Source: Pelomyxa schiedti (lineage: Eukaryota; Protista; Evosea). Taken from it: DNA of 45,271 bases. The position numbers were made by a program, and so were the translations under genes. The stretch lies in NCBI GenBank assembly GCA_020536535.1, contig JAHLWZ010000926.1, positions 1 to 45,271 of the forward strand. Direction: 5' to 3'. Positions 34,468-45,271 of the stretch are shown here, piece by piece (the first letter of the stretch is position 1; every line of letters begins with the position of its first letter). The notes under the pieces are model-generated. The model was not told where the DNA came from and made no database searches. It saw only the letters and a program-made list of their open reading frames with translations.

Positions 34468-37444
34468 ATGAACACCGTCGGCGGTAGTAGCAGCAGCACA
34501 AATACCGGCTCGAATGGCGCAGCGGCGACAACTCGGCGTTGTTCTCCTCCGCCTGTGTCGTCCTCGTCCTGCTCAACCAACCTTGGTGTTTCCCTCTCCT
34601 CCTCCCCTCATTTGCCTTCTTCTTCTTCGCCCATGTGCAACTTAAACACACCGGCTCTACAACAGCAGCGCGAGGAGGAGGAGGAGGAGGAGGAGCGCCG
34701 CGGCGGGGATGCGTACAGCGACGGCGACGGCGCTAGTGACGAGGAGGACGATGTTGGCGAAGATGTTGTTGGCGGCGGCGCGGACGAAGACCGGCGCGCA
34801 TCCCGCGGCGAGGCACCGCGAGGGCGCAGCAGCAGTTACAAGCACGCAGAAGTGAATGGCAATTGGGCAGCGGGAGGGGGCAGGGCGGAACAAGGCCGCA
34901 AGCAAGACCGCAGCTACGTGGAGGAGCGACTGGAACCAGTGAATAAGGAGGTTGCTCCGCCTACCTCGCCTGCTTCTGCTTCAGTGAGGGCAAATGGCAG
35001 CTGGAGACCGCCGCCATTGCGGGCGGCGCAGGAGAGTACGACCAGCTGGCCTGAGGAGACCATGTGCGGCGTTTGCTTTGAAGTTGTCATGAAACCTGTG
35101 AGCCTGCACTGCGGACATATTCTTTGTTTCAAGTGCTTGTGCGGCCTTGCATCTTACTCAGTTCTGTACCCCGCATCTGGTCGTATCGGCTTGGGAGGTC
35201 TTACTGACATTGGAGATTCTCTGGAATCGCGAGTTTCACGAGTAGATTCCGGGCTTGTTCAGGTTCAATGCCCGCACAACTGGTGCCAGAAAGTTACTGA
35301 GGTGAGACTTCTCGACAACAACAAAGAACTTTTTGTGGACTCAAGGGTTTTTCCTGTCCTGGAGAATGTTGAAAGAAATGCAGAACCTTATGCCCAGAGG
35401 CTAGGCCTGTGTGAAGTAGGTAGGTGTCAACAAGGGGACAGTGCCAGACCACAACCAGCAACTGTGATATGTGAAGAATGTCGTGGCATGATACTATGTA
35501 GGCCGTGCTTTGATGCACAACACACTGGTGGAAAATTTTTGGATCACACTCCCATCACCCTGCAGAACAATATGAAGACATTCCCCTTTAGTCGTTGCAA
35601 TGTCCATCACAGTAGGGAGCTTGAATTATGGTGCACTGAATGCTCCAAGCCAGTATGCTTTTTCTGCGCAAGAACGGACCATGGGCACCACCAAACAGAG
35701 CTCATTGACGACTACTTTGATTCCTATAAGAATAAATACGCAGAAGCGCTGGAGAAGATGAGACAACTCCGCTCTCTACACGAACAGACCCTCCAAGTTA
35801 TTCAAAGCGAAACTGAGTCACTTGATGCACTTGTCATGGGGGACACACAGCAAATCAAAGATTGGTTCTCTTCTATCAGAGAAGCCTTGGCAACCAGAGA
35901 AGAAAACCTTATCAAAGAGCTCAACTCCGCATCAAATGAGATAAGAGAGAAGTGGAGGAAGCAACGTATTAGTATAGCTAGTGCGTCCAATTTCTTGGAT
36001 CAATTCATACGGCGCGGTGAGACCACAGCAAATTCAGCCCATCAAACTGCAGCTTATCAAACAGGGAGTCGCCTGGCCTTCACTCTTCAGTACACTGAGA
36101 TGGAGACACTACTTGAGCGTTCTACAAGAAACATTCTTGCGTCGAAATCAAAGCTGCGGGTTGAGAACCAGAATGTGTCACAGGTTATCTCAGAAGTACC
36201 TAAAATTGGTATAGTCAGCGTAGAGAATCCACCAGTTGCAGAGCCATTGAGCATTGCTGAAGTACCCTGTAGTGATTTCCCGGTGTGTAGTAAATCCTAC
36301 TTAGAAGTACTCACGATCTCTCTAGAGGCCTCCCGTTAAGAAGGGTATCGCCGACACTCTTCCTGTCACACTTTCCCTCTGTAAATGTAAGTCCTCTCCG
36401 AAACACTATACTTTTACTCATACATGTTTAGCTTCAGTGATCAATACAACGCACCCTGAGGACTTCGCTCTTGGTGCCATAGGGTCATTGGCAGCAGGCG
36501 ATCTGAAAAAAGTATACCAGTGCGGGCAGAATATGGTTACACAACCCATGAGTACACTTGAGTCCCTTGGCCATCTTCTCCTACGTTGCGTGTTCTCCCT
36601 CCAGCCCCAACTCTTTGATAGTAGCACCACATGGACCTTTGAGATGCTCCTCAGCAAAGCTTCCGCTTCACGCCACTCACACCCAAACGTGCTCCGGCTC
36701 CTCACCAAGGTCACCCCTTCACCACCGCAACCGGCACAACAACATCCAACACTACCGCAACAACTATTAACTTCGGCATCTGCTGATGAAATTGGTGGAG
36801 TGTGTCACTTAATGCTGGGCTTGATAAATCATTGTGGACTGGGTGTTGACAAGAACGTGGGAGAGGCAGTGAGGCACTTCAAAGCTGCAGCGAAAGCCGG
36901 CAACAGCCTGGGCCAGTTCTACCTGGGATACTGCTACCTAAAAGGCCAAGGGGTGCCGAGGAGCCATACCGAGGCCATGAAGCTGCTGGAGGACTCCGCC
37001 AGTAAGAATAACCCCATGGAGGCCAGCCGGCTAGGATCCCTCTACGACCCCGGCTTCCCGCCCGCGACTACCGGCACCGGCACAGCGATCGCCAAGAACG
37101 CCCCGCTGGCCGTGGGCTACTACCAGGCATCATCAGCGAGGCACTGGGCGCCAGGGCAAGACAGCCTGGCCCTGTGCTACCAGCACGGCAAGGGAGTTGG
37201 CAAGAACTACGAGGCCGCGTTCGACCTGTTCAAGCGGGCCGCGGAGCAAGGGTTCCCCAACGCGCAGTACCACCTCGGGCTGCTGTACGAGAGCGGCGTG
37301 CTTGGCGTAGTTGGCAGGGACATGGCCGAGGCCAGGAAGCTGTTTGCGCTGGCCGCGGATCAGAATCACAAGGACGCAAGGGAGAGGCTGGGGAAGAAAG
37401 GTGGTGCTGCTGCGGCGGCGGCGGTGGAGAGTCAATTGACGTGA
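34468..37444 (+). CDS. TRIM-like RING / B-box1 / B-box2 / coiled-coil protein with C-terminal Sel1 repeats (3 exons)
   Basis: RING CGVC..CGHILCFKC..CP; B-boxes CEEC..LCRPCFDAQH and CNVH..WCTECSKPVCFFC..H..H; coiled coil; spliced via two short introns (~36282-36326, ~36381-36431) into the Sel1 ORF. Confidence 0.85.
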
Positions 37445-37573
37445 GTCGTTGAGTGTAATGCTGCTGAGTTTGTGGAAAGTAAGAAAAAAGGAATTGAACT
37501 GTTGTAGTAGGTAGGATAAAAAAACAAGTATTTTTGTTAATTCAACAGGAGTAGGTAATTTGACATAGCGTGA

Positions 37574-40500
37574 TTATTCGTTTAGTTTTATCTGTTTTGG
37601 TGATTTCTGGGTTAGTTCCGGGTAGAGCAGGGGCAAGGGGCATACCAGTTTTTCTAGTTTATTAAGTACTATATCGAAGGTAGGTCTTGCTGTTGGTTCT
37701 GCTGCCCAGCAGAGTTGCATTAATTTGGCCCAACCATAAGGTATCGTGGGTTGTATCTTGGGCCTCTTTCCTTGGATTACTTGGGCTATAATCTAAATCA
37801 ATAGTTACTAGGACTGAACTGTGAGTAGGAAAAACAACCTGAGCGGGATTATCGGTTCGGTACGGCGGCTCTGCACTTCCGGAGCAAATGTGCCATAGAA
37901 CAATTCCAAACGAGTAAACATCGGCCGCATTGCTTATTTGTGGTTTTCCGCACAGTAGTTCCGGTGCCTAGCGGAAGTTAATGTTGGCGGGAAGCGGAAA
38001 CTATGGGAGATACATAGTACGCTGGAGACTCTTGAGAGGAGTACTGTGGGATCATTCCGAGAATCATAGCGGCTTTTGCGATTCCATAGCCAGTAATTCT
38101 GCACGGACTTGCATCTCTGGGGCAAGTGCACGAACTACCAAGCAGAGCTCCCTCACAGACAAGAATTGAGTGGGGCGATAGCTGCAGATGGTGTGTATTA
38201 TTCCTGTGAAGGTAGCCCATTCCTTGAGCAATGCACAGTGCAAATTTATCAAAGGTACCTTGTCCTTTGTAAGTTAGCCATCTAAGAGGAGAGGTAGAAA
38301 AGAACCTTTGCGTACGGCAGGCCCGAGATTTGTCAACAACTGATGTAGGGAGCAAGGCCGGCAGGGTACCAGTGAAACAAGACTGAGAACTCCAACTCCA
38401 ACACAGATTCCAGCAATACCATCAAGGTTGGGGTGCCGAAGGTGACTATAACCACATCAGAACACTCTACATGGACAAAGAAAGAACCTGAAGTTTGACA
38501 ACTCCGACTGAAGTTGCCCAAGTGAACTATGTGGCGCATTGATGTTCAGAACAGCTACTGGCTCACCTTTGAGTGTTCCATATGTCTTTGTACCATAGCC
38601 GGTTGCAAAAGATGCCTGGCGCAGGTGATAAGTGAGGAAAAGGGACAGCGGGGTAATACCTCAGTTAACAATAGATCGTGAGGTGAGATGAATGCAACTG
38701 GCTTGATGCTTTCTGTAGCAGTCAAGGATGCAGAGGCGAGACTGCCCGCTTGTAAAGTCGGAGAAGTTGGTGGTAGTGGTGCACTTGGGTCTAGCTTGAC
38801 TGGCTTAACTTCAGCTGCTGTGAGTGCGGCACTTTGCCTATTCTCCAGAGAGGTACCTGTGAGCTGGTTGGATAAGGAAGAGTTTAGGAAGAATACCGTC
38901 CGCTAGGAAATTTGCTGATACAGTCTTACTTTCAGTCATGCCTCTCCTCGTGGCCCTTGCAAAAACTCGCAGAGTGGGTGTTATCACTGCAGAAAAAGGG
39001 CCATTATAGCGAGTCGAGATTTCTTCTGTGAGGGGAGTGTTGTCATTGACTACTGAGTACCAGATAATGGCATCGGCAGTTTTGCTAGCAAGAGAGATCG
39101 TGACAGAGTTGGAAGTTTTGCCGTAAAAAATTATCTCTGGGGCTTGAACGGGCTGGCCCCACTCTTCTGAGATAGTGTTAAAGGATAAATGATGTATAAT
39201 TCTCACCTTTGGATGCAGCGATCCTCGACGCAGGGCAGGCTTCTGATAGTGTTCGTAATTTGATTGTTGGGGTGGAAGCAATTGAACTGTGATCTAATAG
39301 TACTTTCTGAGCTGGAATTCAATCAGAAACTGTGGATTTCGTAGGACAACAAAACCTAGATCAGAATCACAAAATATGGCTAATGCATGGCCGTCATCAA
39401 TCCACTTTATTCTCGCGTTCAAGGAGTCCACATAGGGTTTGAGGAAGTCTTCAAGGTGACTTGTATGAACCTGCATTTTAAATCGGAACTTCATATTTCA
39501 AGACACTTCGGGTTTTGTTACCTTGTGCGGGTTGAAATTGTACATCTCAAGCACATGTGTAATGGAAGATAAGGATTTGTGGTCAGTATTGGTTAGTGTG
39601 GCCTTTGCAGGGTCAGACTCCGTCACAGTGGAATCTCCATCCTTCCTAGAGTTAGGCACCTCTAAAAGAAGTCGTTGTACGCACGAATTCGTTTTCCAGC
39701 TGAATTAACAAGGGAATAGAAGAGTTTGTGGTAAACATCTCCGGATGAGATCGAGCGATATCCAAAACAGAGAAATTAGGGGGAATCTTCTTTTCATTAC
39801 GACATGGGAAAAAAAATATAGCTTTACCTTAACAAAGAAAGCTAGTATAGAGGCACTCATGGAATGCGTTGGTACATATTTAAGTATTACATAAATATCA
39901 TGCAGTGCTTTAATAGTATTTGTGGCACCTCCCTACAATTTTCAGCTTTCCAGATTAATGAGACAATGGTACCTCCGGAAGAAGCCAGACATAGGGTGGG
40001 GTAGTGTCACTGAGAAGGAAGTACGCAGGATACTTCGACAGTTCTGTGGTAATCGTGGAAGGGGATATATTTGTTGTTGGAGGGGTCCCTGACGAGCACT
40101 GATAAGCGAGTGAAGTAGACCTCATGGATAGAGAGGGTACTGATTGTAAAATGGTGACTGCTTGATGAGCGAGTGGTGATAGCTGCAGGAGTGGTTGAAG
40201 TGATGGGGAAGGAGGAGTTTGGCTGGTGCGGGGAGGGGTAGCGCCAGGGCTTCGTACTTGTTGCTTTGTTTGAGAATTATTTAGTGGCTTGGCACTCAAA
40301 GTGTGCAATGCAGTTGGTGCCTGGATTGCTGTCAGTGTAGGTGAAGAGTCAGGCAGCGATGGAAGCGATTTTGAACCTGACAGTGATGGGGAATAGACTT
40401 TTGGTAACACTGGAGAATTGGATGGGGCAGGTGTTGGGGCGGGTGCGTTGGGGGTAGGTAGCGGTAAGTTAAGAGGAAGAGATAACTGTTGTGAGGAACG

Positions 40501-42072
40501 TTGTGGCCCATTCAAAGAATACTGAGGATTTTGCTGCTGGCTTGTCTTTTTTGGATGAAGAAAGGAGCACATTTTATCACTGCAGGTTCCACCAACTTCC
40601 CATTGTTCGCAAAGTTCCATAGGTCCTTGTCTTGCTTTTTCATTGTGGCGAAATGTGCAACGATCTCCCTAAGTTTCTTATTAATTTTAAAATTTTCGAG
40701 TAGGTGGTACCTTGGTGCACTGGCCAGAATTGATAAAATACATGCAGTCAGGCCTTCTGGACCATGGTATCACGTGAACATCTGAGACTATGACTAATGG
40801 CTGTTGAGATCCCTGGAAACATATTTCACTGAGATGATTAAAAAGGGAAAATAAACCTTTGATGATTGAAGTACCAATTTGGGGTGAAGATGAACACAAG
40901 TGGGATCGGAACACATAGCTTGCTGCTCCCAAGTTGGGCAAACTTCATGGCTTCCAAATTTGGCCTTGTCACTGTGACGGAAGATGCAATTGGTGCCCTG
41001 CAAATATTAATTCATAGTTAACTGAGGGCTACCACCTTGGAGCAAGGGCCTCTGATGAAAAACATGCAGTCTGGTCTTTTTTGAAAGGGAATTGGGGTGT
41101 ATGGAACTGCTTGAGGTTGAATTGAAGAAAGAAGGGGACTGTCAGGCATTGGTGGTGTAGAAGAGGAATAGGGTATTTGTATTGGAGGAGGAAATATGTA
41201 CTGTTTTGGAGGGGAAGGTGAAGGGAGGAAGAGCCCATTAGTGGATGGCTGGGGTGCTGTGGAGATTGGGTTATAGATCCTTGAAGAGCCTGAAAGTGGT
41301 TGGGAAGCTTGATTTTCTAAGTAAAACTGATTGTCCTGGGTGAACAGTGAAAAAAAGGCAAATTGGAAAGAAGCTTTACAGGATCAAATTGAGAAAAGTC
41401 ATAGAATTGCGATTGACTTTGCTCGGCATATGATATGGTTCCTTTCTGTTTGTTCTCAGAGAAAAGTGACATTTGCTGAAAGCGATCTTCAGCGTCATCG
41501 TAATTGGTATCAAAGCCAATTTCTTCCCCGAACCCAGAAATAGAAAAATCCCTAGTATCATCTTCATCTCCAGCGTCCAGTATACCCCCAACACCAACAT
41601 TTATTCCCTGAACAGCAGGAACTGATCCGTCATATGGAGAACGAGAACGAGGCTGAAACGGGGGAGCATCAGCAGGGTTTGTTTGACTCAGATTTGCCGC
41701 AGGTGAAATACTTGTTAGTTTCGGGGAAGAGGGAGGAGAGGCAAGCTGTGACAGCAGCGAAACGCTCTTTGGTGACAGTACCACCCCGATGCCGTCCTGT
41801 TGCTGATGCGCCAAATCCGGCGAAGTCGCAGGAGAGACGTGCGACGGGCTCGGCAAAGGAGGCGACGTAGAAGGAGGGACCGCGGGCGGCTGGGTGGGAA
41901 AGTGGTGGTGAAACTGGTACGATGGAAGGTGCTGAAGAGGCAGCGGCGGCAACGCGGCCCTGTTCATCCGCGACGAGTTCGACGAGGGCGACGACGCGCC
42001 CGCCGACGATCGTTCGGCGGAAACGTAGCCGTTTTCTTTTAGTGGGGGCGAAGGCGATTTCCTCATGGCCAT
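37574..42072 (-). CDS. Multi-domain protein: four CCCH zinc fingers, R3HCC1-like RRM, FN3-associated/CHB_HEX_C-like domain, TKL pseudokinase; multi-exon
   Basis: CMFFIRGPCSKGTNCIFRH / CPTW..MCSDPTCVHLHP occurs twice; HVLEMYNF...RIKWIDDGHALAIF; APEI..VTISLAS..IIWYS..TP..STRYNGPF; kinase fold IAQGMGYLH, ADVYSFGIVLW, CWAAEPTARPTF; frame stays open across manually placed GT-AG introns. Confidence 0.72.
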
Positions 42073-42720
42073 GTCAGTGGTTGGTGGTCCGTTGTTGAAC
42101 GTAGACGTTGACTACAACAAATGGGTAGATCTGCGCCAACAAGAACAGACCGTAGAAAAGTAACACAATAGTGTTGGTGCGTTCACGTGCAAAGATCTGG
42201 TCTCCGGTACGTTGGCAAACGCGACACCGAGATTGATTTGGTTTTGTTAAAACTTGTTTTACGGCTTTACGAAGAAATGTTCCCTTCGCTGTAATCACAC
42301 TGTTATCAAAAAATGCCACCCCTGGTCTTCCATCTAGATCTCAAGACCCACGGACACCTTGCTGTGCTAGTGCAGAGCACTCTCATCAAAAATGACCAGG
42401 GTTTTTTAAGTATGGTCATGGACTTCAAAGGTGCCTCTTTGTCGATTGGCCAAAGACCAGCCCAGGCAACTTGTATCAAGTCAAGCACAAAGGCATACTC
42501 TAAACCCCTGCTTCAAGCAAGTAGCCTTTATGAATGGTTGTGCCTTCTCTCTTTGGTTTGTACAAAGCCTGGAGTTTCTGCTTTAATACCTGAAAAAACT
42601 TACACTTGCTTTGTGATGGTCAGTGCTGGCAACACCTCCAAAACTTCAGAACTAACCACAACCCCCAATAAAAAAAAAGTCCTCACACACGATTGTTTTC
42701 GAGATCCTTCCACCCTGAAT

Positions 42721-42957
42721 GACTAACCCCAAGCCCACGGAATATTTGCCGAGATTTTCGCGTCCGAGGGAGGCAGGGGCCAAGTTCCGAGAGCAGTGAG
42801 AACCGGGGGTACTTCACCCTGACGGGCTGGACATGGTCGCCAAACCCCGCAATGGCTTTCCCCCTGGCCTGCTCCTCGTACGAGGCCCCCTCCCAGTCCC
42901 TCTCGCTCTGCCAAGCCGCGAGGGTCTGTCGCGGCCGGGCTTCGCCCCCTTTTCTTT
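42721..42957 (+). ncRNA. Candidate structured non-coding RNA (family and strand uncertain)
   Basis: GC-rich intergenic island with a long nested helix, two terminal hairpins and a T-run. Confidence 0.4.
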
Positions 42958-43157
42958 CGTGGATTGGGTCCGGTTGTGGTCCCCCTTTCTATTTTTGTTG
43001 ATGTGTGTTCATAGGACATTTTTCTTGGGTAAATTCCCGCCTTTTCGACCCCAAAAATTTATCTGGAGCTGAATTGTGGGAATTACTGTGGGAAAGTAAT
43101 TGTCATTCTTGTGGAAGTAGGAAATATTGCCATCAAAGTTAAAGTCTAAAAAAAAAA

Positions 43158-44819
43158 ATGATGCGTGCTGTTGTGGGTTCCGCATCGGCGTGTACTGTTG
43201 TTCATAGTGCTGTGGCACCCAAATCAATGGCTGAAATAATTATGGCATTCTTGATGTGTGTTCACCCCCGGTGTGGTGCAAAAAGCTGGTCAAGGAACAT
43301 GCCGGTAACGTTGATTCGAGCTATGTTCGAGGAATTCATTATGAGCCCATGCTACGATGTAGTGGTTGTGGTGCGCCCCACTAGCAGGATGAAGAAGGTG
43401 AAGTCGGACGCACAGCGGCAGAGGAAGTGGCAGTGCAATCTTGTAAAGTTCACAGTCTGCCCTTTTAATCTTGGCGTGATTGGGCATGTGGAGGTTGTGA
43501 GGATGCCCGCTGTTAAGCAGGGTGGCCTGAGGTTCATCAGCACTACTCACTTCACAACTGAGACCCCAATTCCTGGCCGCCGCTCTTTATTCTGTTATCA
43601 TTTGGGCAACACCACGTCTCCCACCTCCCCAGTAGAATTTCTTGCAGAGTCGGGGAAGATGAAACTTGCAGTTCACAATGATGTATGGTTGTACACTGGG
43701 ACTGTTGCTGAGGATGGAAAGAACCACAGGTGGGTGCTCTGCATTGATAAGGATATTGGGAGGTCATGCCCATGCTGTTGCACAGGTAATCCAGCTGGAT
43801 TATTATCTTTAGTATTTACGCAGCTCACAGAGAGACCCCAAGGAGTGACTGATAGATACAAGCTGTGGAAGTCGGGGCAAATACAAAGCATAGTTATAGT
43901 ATCCTTGCTTCAGAATTTCCAGGTGCATTGCATACTCTTTGAGGATGAAGAGACAGCTGTACTCATCAGTGTGGGTCAGAGTGACAGAGATTCCACGAAA
44001 GTTCACGTTGATTTTGTTGATGTTCAGAGGAGCTTTTCCCTTCACCAACTTGTACCATCACTGCACACAGCAAGTGCAATGTACACAATCCCATGGGTCA
44101 ACGAGAAAATTGCAAGGGCAATGCTCATGACAAAGGCCAACGGAGATGCTGTGGTTGTGTTCCAGACGAAAGAGCACGGCGCCGTGTACATGGTTACACC
44201 CCCAACGCGCTGCGAAGATGTCGTTGAAAATGCCGGGAAGCTGGTATCCCCAATTCTGCGTGGAATTCCCCGCCAAAAACAGCATCCCCGAGGCGACATG
44301 TTCCTATCTGTCCTCTTTGGATCCGATGATGAGGGGCAGATCTGGGGCTGTGACTCAGGCGTCGAGCAGCAGCGCCGAGTTGGTGTGCCAAATATCAGCC
44401 TGTGCCCCCCTCGAACATCGTCATCAACAACGTCATCAACCGGCTGTGGTGATGTGCAGATGGGAGGGTGTGGTGTGAAGGAGGAAGGCGATTACCACGA
44501 GGAGGAGGAGGAGGAGGAGGAAGTGAGGAATGAGGTGGGGGTGAACGGGGCGGCTGGGAATTGTGGGATGGTGGCGCTGGTGCGGTGTAAGGCAGCCCAC
44601 GGGGTGGTGCTGTCGCGGCAGCTGCGGCCAGGGGCCACGCAGCGGCGGCTCCGCGAGCAGCAGCAGGGGGGGTACGCCGGCCCGACGCGCGAGCGCATTC
44701 GCCTGGTTGACCCCGTGTCGCGTTGTGTGCTCGTGTCTATTGAGCTTGTGGAGGGCCAAACTGTTTCCGCCTGGTACTCCTTTCGTAAGACCTTTTCTTC
44801 AAAAAAAGGGTTCTCGTAA
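43158..44819 (+). CDS. Hypothetical intronless protein (553 aa) with an N-terminal AFLMCVHPRCG..S motif followed by a beta-rich region
   Basis: Long ORF; the N-terminal motif resembles one I recall from expanded Pelomyxa hypothetical families. Confidence 0.7.
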   Translation: MMRAVVGSASACTVVHSAVAPKSMAEIIMAFLMCVHPRCGAKSWSRNMPVTLIRAMFEEFIMSPCYDVVVVVRPTSRMKKVKSDAQRQRKWQCNLVKFTVCPFNLGVIGHVEVVRMPAVKQGGLRFISTTHFTTETPIPGRRSLFCYHLGNTTSPTSPVEFLAESGKMKLAVHNDVWLYTGTVAEDGKNHRWVLCIDKDIGRSCPCCCTGNPAGLLSLVFTQLTERPQGVTDRYKLWKSGQIQSIVIVSLLQNFQVHCILFEDEETAVLISVGQSDRDSTKVHVDFVDVQRSFSLHQLVPSLHTASAMYTIPWVNEKIARAMLMTKANGDAVVVFQTKEHGAVYMVTPPTRCEDVVENAGKLVSPILRGIPRQKQHPRGDMFLSVLFGSDDEGQIWGCDSGVEQQRRVGVPNISLCPPRTSSSTTSSTGCGDVQMGGCGVKEEGDYHEEEEEEEEVRNEVGVNGAAGNCGMVALVRCKAAHGVVLSRQLRPGATQRRLREQQQGGYAGPTRERIRLVDPVSRCVLVSIELVEGQTVSAWYSFRKTFSSKKGFS

Positions 44820-44903
44820 CCTTATTATTTTGATGGGACCTTCAAAATAGTTGTTTCAAGAACATGTTAACCCTAATTGGTGGGAAACTTTTTTTTTTTT
44901 GTT

Positions 44904-45271
44904 TTACTCTGTGTGCTCATTTACATGGAGGATTTGGATTTTGGTTCGGGTTTTTTCTGCTTGATTGTGTGCGTTTGTCACTTCGCAGTTGGATGTGGTT
45001 AGTTCCAGGGAGGATATTGTTGGTATGGCTGTTTGTTGGACTAGGGTAAGGGTTGCCTGTGCTTCGAAAGTGCAGTCGCTAGTGTTGCACTTCACTGTGT
45101 GTTGTACTTGTATGTCGGTGTTCCCAAGGACTGTTACTTGCACCTTGTGTGAATCGGCTGAACATTCCACCTTGCAGCCTGGTTTCTTGTTAAGTTTGAT
45201 TTACGGAAGTGTGTTCTTTTACCTAGTTTCGAAGATAGAACTTCGGAGAACAAGGTCTGCATAGTTGGAGA
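44904..45271 (-). CDS. 3' end of a hypothetical protein running off the window
   Basis: Terminal ORF ...ECSADSHKVQVTV...VNEHTE*, preceded by a GT-AG intron-like segment at ~45177-45222. Confidence 0.5.

Noticed and set aside
42313-42726. 137-aa ORF
   Set aside because: No recognisable motif or exon context; cannot be supported as a gene
42721-42957. Specific assignment as SRP RNA, RNase P/MRP, U3, U4 or U6
   Set aside because: Lacks a complete SRP helix 8, RNase P CR-I/CR-V, U3 boxes A/C and the U6 ACAGAGA box; kept only as an unassigned structured RNA

Overview
Gene-dense eukaryotic genomic DNA with many very short (about 35-60 nt) spliceosomal introns. An intron-containing epsilonproteobacterial-type nifU, plus lineage-style ankyrin-like and Sel1 families, point to an anaerobic archamoeba, most likely Pelomyxa (inference). 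I can support about 21 protein-coding genes. In order: a RapGAP, a granulin-like secreted protein, a permuted papain-like (NlpC/P60-type) secreted protein, an ankyrin-like repeat protein, a Zn-dependent phospholipase C-like protein, a dual-specificity phosphatase, a TKL kinase, an RWP-RK transcription factor and three abutting intronless Sel1-repeat paralogs. These are followed by degenerate Rho and Rab GTPases, an ankyrin/F-box/Hint(Vint) protein, NifU, a GBF-like Zn-finger protein, duplicated small secreted proteins, a RING/B-box/coiled-coil/Sel1 protein, a CCCH/RRM/pseudokinase protein and hypothetical proteins. Two copies of a divergent tRNA-His/tRNA-Gly pair form a direct repeat around an ~8 kb block that contains nifU and the Hint gene. 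The best candidates for new biology are the self-processing Ank-F-box-Vint protein, the operon-like Sel1 triplet and a strongly base-paired GC-rich ncRNA candidate near 42.7-42.96 kb. All exon structures were assembled by eye and all family calls rest on recalled motifs; no searches were run.
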